Source: an uncultured Prevotellaceae bacterium (GTDB taxonomy: Bacteria; Bacteroidota; Bacteroidia; Bacteroidales; Bacteroidaceae). From it: a stretch of 64,000 nucleotides of DNA. The stretch's first letter is position 1. Every line of letters begins with the position of its first letter. The notes beneath the pieces are model-generated. The model worked only from the letters and a program-made list of their open reading frames with translations. It did not search any database and was not told where the DNA came from. A program made the position numbers and the translations under genes. The stretch spans positions 178-64,177 of the forward strand of contig ONLU01000019.1 of NCBI GenBank assembly GCA_900318795.1. The letters are read 5' to 3'. Positions 1 through 9,152 of the stretch are shown in pieces.

Positions 1-35
1 TTTATGGCTGCCATACATCAGACTGATAAAAGTAG

Positions 36-71
36 TATTATTTATATAATATATATATTATATAAATAATA
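36..71. repeat. Perfect 36-bp AT-only palindrome
   Basis: TATTATTTATATAATATATATATTATATAAATAATA equals its own reverse complement. Confidence 0.95.
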
Positions 72-172
72 GAATATTCTTCTACGATTTCCTTCATTTT
101 AACCTGTCCCTGTAGAAACTGAATTCTGAATTTCTGAATTTTCCTGCATTTTTACACCTTATTATATATATG

Positions 173-1279
173 TCACTGGACATTGTTCATCCACGACTTT
201 GCCGTCTGTCCCATGAACTGCTTGAAGGCGACGCCGAAGGTGCTGTAGCTGCTGAAGCCGCACTGGAAGGCCAGCTGCTGGGCGGTAACGGGACGCTGGC
301 GGGCGACGGCCTCGCGGTAGAGAAGGGCAAAATGGTCGATGCGCAGACGGTTGATATAGGCATTGTAGGTAAATCCCTGCCGGGCAAAGTAGCGGCTGAG
401 GTCTGCGCGGTCGACGCCGACAGCCTGGCTGAGCTGAGCCAGCGAAAGATCGTGCTGCAGGTAGAGCTTCGTGGTCTCGCAGTACTCCTGAAGCCGCGAC
501 CGAATCAGCGTATCGTCCTCGCCGCCAGACGTCAGGCCCTGACTGCCAGCCGCGCAGCGTACCGGCCCGAATTCCTCGTCGCCGACAGACAGTTGCTGAA
601 TGGTATCCACCCGCCAAGTCAAGAAACCGACTATGAAAAGCGTTTCCACCTGGACAAGATACTCCATGAACTGGCTGCCCAGATTAACGATGTAGGTCGC
701 AAAGGCCAGTATGAGGCACAACAGGCCGAGCAGGCTCTGCCATACCTCCTTGTGCTCCAGGTCGGCATAGTTGTCGCGCAGCCACAGACTATAGCGCCTG
801 ACGGCAAATATCATGTAGACGACAAACGAGACGATGAGCACGAGCGTGTAATAACGGTTATAAGTCTCAGTCTCAGCATCGTGCGTCACCAGGCCGGCAC
901 CGATGATAGCCGCCACGGGAACCATGGCCAGCAGGATGGGCCAAAGCGAGCGCCGACGGTCCTGCAACATGCGGACCAGCACCACCATGATGAGCGGCAC
1001 GAAGGTGAGACGGTCCAGCAGGATGCCCACCAGATTGCGTACCAAACGGTCGTCAGCAAGCCACACCGTGCCCAGCAGCGCCCACCACACATGGCTCGCC
1101 GCCACCGCAGCCAGGAACGCTGCCGCCCAGCGGCGAAGCCCCACGGGCGAAGCCACACTGTCGGCTATCACATTGACGCGTCTGAACAGCAGATAGCAGC
1201 AGGCCACCAGTGCAAACATGGCTGCTGCGCCATAGAGCATCAGAAAGAAAACGTCATTGAGACCTTGGTGCTGATACAT
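173..1279 (-). CDS. Membrane-embedded AraC-family transcriptional regulator
   Basis: About 7 hydrophobic segments in the N-terminal ~225 aa; C-terminal AraC double HTH (LYLQHDLSLAQLSQAVG...YINRLRI...LAFQCGFSSYSTFGVAFKQFMG). Confidence 0.85.
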   Translation of the reverse strand: MYQHQGLNDVFFLMLYGAAAMFALVACCYLLFRRVNVIADSVASPVGLRRWAAAFLAAVAASHVWWALLGTVWLADDRLVRNLVGILLDRLTFVPLIMVVLVRMLQDRRRSLWPILLAMVPVAAIIGAGLVTHDAETETYNRYYTLVLIVSFVVYMIFAVRRYSLWLRDNYADLEHKEVWQSLLGLLCLILAFATYIVNLGSQFMEYLVQVETLFIVGFLTWRVDTIQQLSVGDEEFGPVRCAAGSQGLTSGGEDDTLIRSRLQEYCETTKLYLQHDLSLAQLSQAVGVDRADLSRYFARQGFTYNAYINRLRIDHFALLYREAVARQRPVTAQQLAFQCGFSSYSTFGVAFKQFMGQTAKSWMNNVQ

Positions 1280-1294
1280 GGTCGACGAAACAGA

Positions 1295-1648
1295 TTACTT
1301 CTTGCCACGGACAGAGAATCCCATCTGCGCACGATACGCACCCGGCGTTATCCCATAAGTCTCCTTGAACAGACGGCGCAGATTGGGGGCACAGAGTCCT
1401 ACCTGGGCACCTACGGAATCGACAGTCCACTCCGGATGCTTGATCAGCAGTTGCTTCGTCTCTGCCATACGTATCGTGTTAATGTATTGCGGAAATGAAA
1501 GCCCGCCGGTGTGAATGGCCAGCAAGGCGTTCAAGCGGTGGCGGCTGATTCCGAAACGCTGCATGATGGTGCTACGCTTCAGTTCTGCATCGGCATAGAG
1601 TTTCTCCTTACGGATGGTCTGATCAATTTCAGTAAACAAGTTCTTCAT
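1295..1648 (-). CDS. Stand-alone AraC HTH domain protein (117 aa)
   Basis: SFPQYINTIRM...VGAQVGLCAPNLRRLFKETYGITPGAYR AraC signature, no sensor domain. Confidence 0.8.
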   Translation of the reverse strand: MKNLFTEIDQTIRKEKLYADAELKRSTIMQRFGISRHRLNALLAIHTGGLSFPQYINTIRMAETKQLLIKHPEWTVDSVGAQVGLCAPNLRRLFKETYGITPGAYRAQMGFSVRGKK

Positions 1649-1666
1649 ATTAGTTTTTGATTGTGA

Positions 1667-1801
1667 TTAAATATGATGGTGTAAAAAAGCATCCTGATTT
1701 GTTTCCCCAGGCAACCAATGCGCCGGGGAAACAATAGCCACCTTGTTATCTTGATGAAGGAATGGTGGCTTAACAATCTTTTTATCCTTTATTGTCTTCA
1801 T
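1667..1801 (-). pseudogene. N-terminal stub (44 aa) of an LD-carboxypeptidase (peptidase S66) family gene
   Basis: KIVKPPFLHQDNKVAIVSPA resembles the S66 N-terminal P(x)L(x)GDxV(A)IVSP(A/S) motif and then stops; TAATTTTG promoter motif upstream at 1825-1832. Confidence 0.55.
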
Positions 1802-1936
1802 TGTTTCTGCTAACAAACGTTGTGCAAAATTAATGAAAACAATCGGTTTTATCAGTACTTCACTGCCATGTTTTTGGGTTTCAGCCCAAATGCGTTGTTT
1901 CAAATTTTAGTTTCAAAAAAAGCAAAAGTGCTGATT

Positions 1937-2593
1937 TTAAAGGCTTTGCCGATACTCCGCAGGCGTCATTCCGTAAACGCGCTTGAATTGTTCGCGCAGG
2001 TTGGCGGGAGTAAAACCCACAGAACTGGCAATCTCGCTGATGGTCATTTCGGCCTCGCCATCCTCATTATGCAACAGCCGCAGTGCCTCCTGCAGACGAA
2101 TGTCGTTCACATACTGGGGAAACGACAGCCCTTCGGCATAATGAACCAGCAGCTCGTTGAGCGCATGACGATTGATGCCGAAACGGTCGCATACATCCTG
2201 ACGCTGCAAAGCGACATCGGCGTAGAGGCGCTCTTGGCGGATAGCCGTGTCAATGGTTACAAAAAGTTCTTCCTGCTGAGGGTCTCTACGTTTTTCTACG
2301 ACAAGAGGTATTGACTCGCCATCATTTTTCATGCGCAACAGTTCGCGATTCTTGGCAACGACAATACGCCTCTCCCTGAGCATGTAGAAAGCCCAAACAG
2401 AAACGCTTAACGTCAGCACAATCATCGCGCCCAAGATGATGTACAGAAACATAAGCTCTGTCTCCATTTCACGGAGCGTCTGCGACTGGCCGCCAAGGAC
2501 ATCAGCAGTGTGCTGGCACTTTGTCTGCGCCACAGACATGCCTCCACTGAACGACATCGCGAAAAGAAGTATCACCAACAGTAAAGCTTTCAT
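1937..2593 (-). CDS. AraC-family regulator with signal peptide and single TM helix
   Basis: MKALLLVILLFAMSF signal-like N-terminus, TM LMFLYIILGAMIVLTLSVSVWAFYML, AraC HTH (EIASSVGFTPANLREQFKRVYGMTPAEYR); start placed at the ATG downstream of the promoter at 2633-2640. Confidence 0.8.
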   Translation of the reverse strand: MKALLLVILLFAMSFSGGMSVAQTKCQHTADVLGGQSQTLREMETELMFLYIILGAMIVLTLSVSVWAFYMLRERRIVVAKNRELLRMKNDGESIPLVVEKRRDPQQEELFVTIDTAIRQERLYADVALQRQDVCDRFGINRHALNELLVHYAEGLSFPQYVNDIRLQEALRLLHNEDGEAEMTISEIASSVGFTPANLREQFKRVYGMTPAEYRQSL

Positions 2594-2632
2594 AAAGTAC
2601 GGTTTCACAATGATTACGGTTTTTTGCCCGTG

Positions 2633-2712
2633 CAAAGATAGTAAAAAAAATTGAAACAATGGCAGCAATGACTAAATAAATTTGGTTTTTCGCCCACTTA
2701 TTCGTACCTTTG
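2633..2712. promoter_or_regulatory. Divergent Bacteroidetes sigma-A -7 elements (TATCTTTG minus 2633-2640; TACCTTTG plus 2705-2712)
   Basis: Both match the TAnnTTTG consensus upstream of the divergent AraC and rsmG genes. Confidence 0.7.
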
Positions 2713-2717
2713 CAAGC

Positions 2718-3338
2718 ATGAAACAGATTCTGAAGTATTTCCCGAACCTCAGTGACGAGCAGCAGCGACAGCTGGCAATGCTTGAGGAATTGTACCGCGA
2801 CTGGAACGCCAAGATCAACGTCATCTCGCGCAAGGACATTGACAACCTGTACGAGCACCATGTGCTTCACTCCATGTCTATTGCCAAGATGATTAACTTC
2901 CGCCCTGGCACCAAGATTCTGGACTTCGGCACGGGAGGCGGTTTTCCGGGCATCCCTTTGGCCATCCTCTTTCCCGAATGCCAGTTCAAACTGATTGACG
3001 GCACAGGCAAGAAAATCCGCGTGGCCCAAGAAGTAGCCCAAGCCATCGGACTGAAGAACTGCGAGCCTCAGCATCTGCGTGGCGAAGACGAAAAAGGACG
3101 CTACGACTTTGTGGTGAGCCGTGCCGTCATGCCCCTACCCGACTTGGCGAAAATCGTACGCAAAAACATGGCCCGCGAACAGCGCAACGCACTGCCCAAC
3201 GGCATCGTCTGTCTGAAAGGCGGCGACTTGCAGTCCGAACTGCAGCCCTTCCGCCATATTGTCGACACAGCTGAACTGAGCCAGTGGTTCAGCGAAGAAT
3301 GGTTCAAACAGAAATATGTAATCTATCTACCCCTATGA
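2718..3338 (+). CDS. rsmG: 16S rRNA (guanine527-N7) methyltransferase
   Basis: WNAKINVISR, HVLHS, LDFGTGGGFPGIPLAI, VVSRAV and LKG motifs. Confidence 0.95.
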   Translation: MKQILKYFPNLSDEQQRQLAMLEELYRDWNAKINVISRKDIDNLYEHHVLHSMSIAKMINFRPGTKILDFGTGGGFPGIPLAILFPECQFKLIDGTGKKIRVAQEVAQAIGLKNCEPQHLRGEDEKGRYDFVVSRAVMPLPDLAKIVRKNMAREQRNALPNGIVCLKGGDLQSELQPFRHIVDTAELSQWFSEEWFKQKYVIYLPL

Positions 3339-3976
3339 ATATACAGCGCATTATTTGCAACCCTTTGGAGGAAAACTGCTACGTGGTAAGCGACGCGAGC
3401 GGCGAGTGTGTCATCATAGACTGCGGTGTGTTCTATCAGGAAGAACGCACTGCCCTTGAAGACTATATCAGCAGGCAACATCTGAAGCCCGTCCACCTGC
3501 TGGCAACTCATGGACATCTGGACCACAACTTCGGCAACGCTTTCGTCTACGAGAAATACAAACTGGGGGTAGAGATTTGCACAGAAGACCAATCCTTGGT
3601 AGAGCACTTGAACGACCAGGCTACCAATCTCTTTGGCATAGAGCTCGACGATGCCCAGCCCCCTACCGGACGACTGCTCAGCAACGGTGACACCATCCGT
3701 TTCGGCAACCACGAGCTGCAAGTGTTGCAGACTCCCGGCCACACACACGGCTCAGTCATCTTCTACTGCGAAGCGGAGCACACGGCATTTACTGGCGACA
3801 CGCTCTTCCGCATGAGCATCGGGCGCACAGACTTTGCAGAGGGCAACTGGAACGAGATGGAGCATAGCCTCAAGCAAGTGATAGCCCACCTGCCCAAAGA
3901 AACTATCGTGCTCTCAGGACATGGTCCCCAAAGCACGATAGCCGATGAACTGAAGTATAATCCGTATCTCCGCTAA
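3335..3976 (+). CDS. MBL-fold metallo-hydrolase (glyoxalase II/YcbL-like)
   Basis: THGHLDH, TPGHTHGS, FTGDTLF, SIGRTD and SGHGP motifs. Confidence 0.9.
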   Translation: MNIQRIICNPLEENCYVVSDASGECVIIDCGVFYQEERTALEDYISRQHLKPVHLLATHGHLDHNFGNAFVYEKYKLGVEICTEDQSLVEHLNDQATNLFGIELDDAQPPTGRLLSNGDTIRFGNHELQVLQTPGHTHGSVIFYCEAEHTAFTGDTLFRMSIGRTDFAEGNWNEMEHSLKQVIAHLPKETIVLSGHGPQSTIADELKYNPYLR

Positions 3977-3997
3977 GCGGTTTCGCCTTTCGCTTTC

Positions 3998-5467
3998 TTA
4001 CCTTTTAACTTTTACCTTCACCGCTTTCGACTCGCCCTGTACGCGATTGAGAGCCGTCACGACATATATTCCCGGCGACGGAGCCTCGTAGAAAGTCTCA
4101 CCCGTCACAGCAATTAGCTTCGACGTGTTGTCCATGTCCACACGCTCGCCCAGTTCAAAGCGGTAAACAGCATACTTGACGGCCTCGGTGTCCCAGCTCT
4201 TTGCCTTCGGAGCCTGCCAGAACAACACGCGCGTTCCCTCCACCTCAAAGTGCTTGAGTTTGCGCGGTTTCTTCGGTGTTTTCTTGGTCAGCTGCTTCAT
4301 GACGGGCTGCAAAGCAGGTGTGCGCCAATAGACGTTGCGGAGCGAAGTACCATAGTTTCCGATATTGTCGACAGCAGCCTTGGCATACCACAGCACTGTT
4401 CCCTTGACACGAGGCAGCTGCTGGTGCAATGCCATCTTGGCAGCCAGTTGATGGCGATTGGCATGATGCGGGTCGCGATTCTTAACCGTACGCTCCACAT
4501 CCTCACCAATATAAAGATCCGTATTGACCAGGTGGGTGTTCCACCAGTGTATCAGTTCGTTGTAGTCGGCAGCCTTATGGCCTATCTCCCAATAGAGCTG
4601 GGGAACACAGTAGTCCATCCATCCCTCCCGATCCCAGAACAACACGTCAGCATACAGGTCGTCATAGTTCTGCAGGCCGTTGGTGCGACTGCCATTAGGA
4701 TCGTTCCTTTGGTTGCGATAGATGCCGAAGGGCGAGATGCCCACCTTCACCCAGGGTTTGGTCTCGTGCACGGTCTTGTAAAGCTGCTCGATGAAAAGGT
4801 TCACATTATGGCGTCGCCAGTCGCCACGATTGCCTATACCATAATTATTACGCGCGTAGGAAGCGTCGTCGGGGATGCTCACTCCGGGAACGGGATACGG
4901 ATAGAAATAGTCATCAATATGCAGTCCGTCTACATCGTAGCGGCTCACAATGTCGCGTACCACCTCGCAGATGTAGTCACGACACTCTTTCAAGGCCGGA
5001 TCCAACAGGGTCAGGCCATCATATTGGAAAGTCCATTCCGGATGCCGTACTATGACATGGTTGCGGGCATTGGCATGAGCAACCTTAGTCTTGGCGCGAT
5101 AGGGATTGATCCAAGCGTGCAACTCCATACCGCGACGATGGCACTGCTGCACCATCCATTGCAACGGATCCCAGTAGGGATAGGGTCTGCTGCCTTGTTC
5201 GCCAGTCAGATAATAGCTCCAGGGTTCCAACGAACTCTCATAGAGTGCGTCGCACTCTGGGCGCACTTGAAAGATGATGGCGTTACAACCATCTTTCTGC
5301 AATTCATCCAATTGGTACGTTAGCGTACGTTTCATTGCTTCCGTACCAACACCCTTGAACTGTCCGTTGACACACTGAATCCATGCACCACGGAACTCTC
5401 GTTTCTGCTGAGCCTGTATCGTGACAGCAGCCAGCAACATTAAGACTACTAACTTTAATTTTCCCAT
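3998..5467 (-). CDS. Glycoside hydrolase-like family 10 (GHL10, YddW/DigH-like) protein
   Basis: Signal peptide; [48 protein letters not shown] and PQLYW motifs. Confidence 0.88.
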   Translation of the reverse strand: MGKLKLVVLMLLAAVTIQAQQKREFRGAWIQCVNGQFKGVGTEAMKRTLTYQLDELQKDGCNAIIFQVRPECDALYESSLEPWSYYLTGEQGSRPYPYWDPLQWMVQQCHRRGMELHAWINPYRAKTKVAHANARNHVIVRHPEWTFQYDGLTLLDPALKECRDYICEVVRDIVSRYDVDGLHIDDYFYPYPVPGVSIPDDASYARNNYGIGNRGDWRRHNVNLFIEQLYKTVHETKPWVKVGISPFGIYRNQRNDPNGSRTNGLQNYDDLYADVLFWDREGWMDYCVPQLYWEIGHKAADYNELIHWWNTHLVNTDLYIGEDVERTVKNRDPHHANRHQLAAKMALHQQLPRVKGTVLWYAKAAVDNIGNYGTSLRNVYWRTPALQPVMKQLTKKTPKKPRKLKHFEVEGTRVLFWQAPKAKSWDTEAVKYAVYRFELGERVDMDNTSKLIAVTGETFYEAPSPGIYVVTALNRVQGESKAVKVKVKR

Positions 5468-8157
5468 ATCTTCGGTTTATTTTTTCTTGCTTCTTCCAGC
5501 GACAGCAACTGTTGCTGCTCCTGCTGATAACTTTCTCGCAGCTGTTCGTATTTCTCGTCCAGCTCGTGCTCCATCTTCCGTTCCTCGTCCCGGTCCATCA
5601 GGCGCGCTGCCACCAAGGCATTCTGCGAGGCATCCTTCATCCATACCACAGGGCCTCCATAGACAGGTGCGATTTTCAGTGCAACGTGCAGCTCGCTGGT
5701 CGTGGCACCACCTATCATGATGGGGATGTCCAGCCCTGCGCGCTCCATCTCGTGAGCCACATTGACCATTTCCTCAAGCGAGGGAGTAATCAGTCCTGAC
5801 AGTCCTATCATGTCCACATGCTCCTCCTGGGCTTTGCGCACAATCTGCTCGGCAGGAACCATGACACCCATATCAATTACTTCATAGTTGTTGCAAGCCA
5901 TAATGACGGAAACGATATTCTTGCCGATATCGTGCACATCGCCTTTCACCGTTGCCAGCAGCACCTTGCCATTCTTCCTTGCACCCTCCGTGCGCTCCTT
6001 TTCTATATAAGGTTGCAGGATGCTGACCGCCTGTTTCATGGTACGCGCCGTCTTCACAACCTGAGGCAGGAACATCTTGCCCTGCCCAAACAGTTCGCCC
6101 ACTTTGTTCATACCAGCCATGAGCGGGCCTTCTATGATGCTGACAGCCCGAGGATATTGGGCCAGCGCCTCCTCCAAGTCCTGTTGCAGATAGTCTCCAA
6201 TGCCTTTCACCAAAGCCTCCTGCAAGCGTTCTTCCACGCTCTCGGGGCGAAAGCTTGTTGGACAAGTTATATTTGTTTGACTAGTTGAGCTCGGGTTTGC
6301 TGCTTGGCTGGCTTCTGCCAACGAAGCAGCCAGGGCTATAAGTTTTTCCGAGGCGCCAGGCTTACGATTCAGGATGACATCTTCTATGATTTCAAGCTGT
6401 TCCTGAGGAATATCCGTGTAAAGAACTTTTGTTGCTGGATTCACGATAGCGAAGTCCATCCCTGCCTGAATGGCATGATAGAGGAATACGGCATGCATTG
6501 CCTCGCGGATATAGTTATTGCCACGGAACGAGAACGACAGGTTCGAAACGCCTCCACTGACATGAGCTCCTGGCAGGTTCTCACGTATCCATCGTGTGGC
6601 TCGTATGAAGTCTGCCGCATAGGCATCGTGCTCTTCCATGCCCGTTGCCACAGCCAATATATTGGGGTCAAATATAATATCTAACGGATTCAGCCCAACT
6701 TGCTGGGTTAGAATACGGTACGAACGCTCGGCAATCTCTATCCTCCGTTCGTAGCTCGTCGCCTGTCCTTGCTCGTCGAAGCACATGACCACCACAGCAG
6801 CACCATAGCGTTTTATGTCCTGCGCGTGCCGGATGAACACCTCCTCGCCCTCTTTCAGCGAAATGGAGTTCACGATACCCTTTCCCTGCAGGCACTTCAG
6901 TCCTGCTGTTATCACGTTCCAGTCAGAAGAGTCTATCATGACAGGTACGGAGGCGATATCAGGCTCCGATGCTATCATGTTAAGAAAATTCACCATTTCC
7001 TGACGAGCATCCAACAGACCGTCATCCATGTTGACATCAATGACCAATGCACCGTCAGCCACCTGCTTACGAGCGATTGCTATAGCCTCGTCATACTGTT
7101 TCTCCTTGACGAGACGGAGGAACTTGCGCGAGCCAGCCACATTGCAGCGCTCACCCACATTGGTAAATGTCTGCACTTCGAGAGCGTTCAGTCCACTCAA
7201 CTGCAAATGGTCAGGCTGAGCAGCAGGCCTGTGTGGAGTCTTGCCAGCCACCAGGGGCACGTAACGTGCTATGAACTCCGGCGTGGTGCCACAACAGCCA
7301 CCTATGATATTCACCAGTCCTTCATCTACCATCTCGCCCATCTTGGGGGCCATGCTCTCAGGCGTCTCGTCGTAGAGTCCCAGCGCATTGGGCAGACCCG
7401 CATTGGGATAGGCACTAATATAATAAGGTGCCTTGCGAGCCAGTTGGCGCAGATAAGGAATCATCTGAGTGGCACCAAACGAGCAGTTCAGTCCCACCGA
7501 GAACAGCGGATAGGGACTCATGCTGGCCAGAAAGGCATCCAGCGTCTGTCCGCTCAGCGTTCGTCCAGCGAGGTCGCTGACAGTCATGCTGACCATCAGA
7601 GGCACCTCGCGCCCACGCCGTTGCATGGCATGCAGCGAGGCATCAATGGCCACCTTGGCATTCAGCGTGTCAAAGACAGTCTCAATGAGCAGGGCATCCA
7701 CCCCACCCTCTATCAAGGCATCAGCCTCCTCGTAGTAGGCATCGAAGAGCGTATCGTAATCCAACTCACGGAGTGCAGGATTGGACACATCGGGCGACAT
7801 GGAGCACGTCTTGTTGGTTGGTCCGATGGAACCAGCCACAAAGCGAGGCTTGTCCGGCGAGGCAAACTCGTCAGCACACTGGCGTGCGATGCGAGCTCCC
7901 GCCAGTGCCATCTGTCGTGCCTGCTCCTCCATGTGGTAGTCGGCCTGCGAGATGCGCTGGGCACTGAACGTGTTGGTAGTAATGATATCCGCACCAACCT
8001 CCAGATACTGCCGATGGATGCCGGCAATGACGTCAGGGTGTGTCAGGTTCAGCTCGTCAGAGTTGCCGACCTTCCCCACCTTCTCGCCTATCATGGTACC
8101 CATAGCACCGTCGAGAATCAGTATGCGCTGCTTAGCTAAGTCTTCCAGTCTGTTCAT
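5455..8157 (-). CDS. metH: Cobalamin-dependent methionine synthase lacking the C-terminal AdoMet reactivation domain
   Basis: LDGAMGT, GLNCS, GGCCGT, VGERCN pterin domain, MFLPQVVK cap and [12 protein letters not shown]12-binding motif; ends at 900 aa. Confidence 0.93.
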   Translation of the reverse strand: MNRLEDLAKQRILILDGAMGTMIGEKVGKVGNSDELNLTHPDVIAGIHRQYLEVGADIITTNTFSAQRISQADYHMEEQARQMALAGARIARQCADEFASPDKPRFVAGSIGPTNKTCSMSPDVSNPALRELDYDTLFDAYYEEADALIEGGVDALLIETVFDTLNAKVAIDASLHAMQRRGREVPLMVSMTVSDLAGRTLSGQTLDAFLASMSPYPLFSVGLNCSFGATQMIPYLRQLARKAPYYISAYPNAGLPNALGLYDETPESMAPKMGEMVDEGLVNIIGGCCGTTPEFIARYVPLVAGKTPHRPAAQPDHLQLSGLNALEVQTFTNVGERCNVAGSRKFLRLVKEKQYDEAIAIARKQVADGALVIDVNMDDGLLDARQEMVNFLNMIASEPDIASVPVMIDSSDWNVITAGLKCLQGKGIVNSISLKEGEEVFIRHAQDIKRYGAAVVVMCFDEQGQATSYERRIEIAERSYRILTQQVGLNPLDIIFDPNILAVATGMEEHDAYAADFIRATRWIRENLPGAHVSGGVSNLSFSFRGNNYIREAMHAVFLYHAIQAGMDFAIVNPATKVLYTDIPQEQLEIIEDVILNRKPGASEKLIALAASLAEASQAANPSSTSQTNITCPTSFRPESVEERLQEALVKGIGDYLQQDLEEALAQYPRAVSIIEGPLMAGMNKVGELFGQGKMFLPQVVKTARTMKQAVSILQPYIEKERTEGARKNGKVLLATVKGDVHDIGKNIVSVIMACNNYEVIDMGVMVPAEQIVRKAQEEHVDMIGLSGLITPSLEEMVNVAHEMERAGLDIPIMIGGATTSELHVALKIAPVYGGPVVWMKDASQNALVAARLMDRDEERKMEHELDEKYEQLRESYQQEQQQLLSLEEARKNKPKIWEN

Positions 8158-8636
8158 TTATATACTTTCATAGCGCGATCCATCTCGCGTCGGTCTTCTT
8201 TTTCCTTCAGCGTCTGGCGCTTGTCAAACTCCTTCTTACCTTTACACAGTGCGATATCCATCTTGGCGCGTCCCTTCTCGTCGATGAACACCAAGAGGGG
8301 TACGATGGTGTAACCCGTCTGCTTGGTGGCTGATGCCAGCTTCTGTATCTCACGCTTGGTAAGCAACAGCTTGCGGTCGCGCTTCATCTCGTGATTGTTG
8401 TACGAGCCATAGAAATAGGGCGAGATATTCATTCCCTTGACCCATATCTCATCATTCATGATGGTGCAGTAGGTATCAACCAGCGAAGCCTTACCCAGGC
8501 GGATGCTCTTGATTTCCGTTCCTGTAAGGACAATGCCTGCCGTATAGGTCTCGATGAAGAAGTATTCGAAACCCGCCTTCTTATTCTTGATGTTGACAGG
8601 ACTCTTCTTCCTGATCAGTTCTTCTTCCTTATTCAT
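8154..8636 (-). CDS. smpB: SsrA-binding protein
   Basis: [27 protein letters not shown] and GKKEFDKR motifs. Confidence 0.97.
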   Translation of the reverse strand: MNKEEELIRKKSPVNIKNKKAGFEYFFIETYTAGIVLTGTEIKSIRLGKASLVDTYCTIMNDEIWVKGMNISPYFYGSYNNHEMKRDRKLLLTKREIQKLASATKQTGYTIVPLLVFIDEKGRAKMDIALCKGKKEFDKRQTLKEKEDRREMDRAMKVYK

Positions 8637-8645
8637 ATTGTCTGT

Positions 8646-9152
8646 TTACTCTTTTACCACAGCGAAGCGCTCTATGTGTTCGTCCACATAGCGGGCAATC
8701 TGCTCCGTCCAAGCTTCCTCTTCTTCCACGAAGGTATCGTCCATGTCGTCGAATTCAGGATATTGCTCGAACAGCGCCATGAACTCCTCGTCCGAGCAGT
8801 CACGCTCCAAGGCTTCACCATACTTATTATATAACGTATGAGCATCGTAGATGAGCTTCGACAGATCGCGCAGTCCCCACAGTTTCAAGGCCTTGGCCAG
8901 CGGATTCTTGAAGATGAAGGGTCCGTAGCCGTTGTGTATGAGCTGTACGAAGCCGCCGTCCATGACCTCCTCGTGCAACACGTCCCATGCCAACAGCGTC
9001 ACCTGATCGCTGTTCAGCTGGCCCATATTCTCAGCATTCAGTTCGCCACCGATAGCCTCTTTGATGGCTTTGACGAAGGCGCCCACAAAGGCATCCATGC
9101 CCTCGCCGGCAGCAGTTCTCAGCACCTCGTCCTGTATGGTCACTTCTATCAT
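8646..9152 (-). CDS. Acidic DUF4375/DMP19-family protein
   Basis: Very acidic; EEVMDGGFVQLIHNGYG motif and DDMDDTF resemble DMP19-family proteins. Confidence 0.75.
   Translation of the reverse strand: MIEVTIQDEVLRTAAGEGMDAFVGAFVKAIKEAIGGELNAENMGQLNSDQVTLLAWDVLHEEVMDGGFVQLIHNGYGPFIFKNPLAKALKLWGLRDLSKLIYDAHTLYNKYGEALERDCSDEEFMALFEQYPEFDDMDDTFVEEEEAWTEQIARYVDEHIERFAVVKE

Noticed and set aside
170-1498. 442-aa plus-strand ORF opposite the AraC genes
   Set aside because: Antisense shadow of two genes with clear motifs; no domain features of its own
4250-8139. Long antisense ORFs over GHL10 and metH, and similarly over queA, tex, GT2 and glgB
   Set aside because: Expected shadows of GC-rich coding strands; no independent motifs
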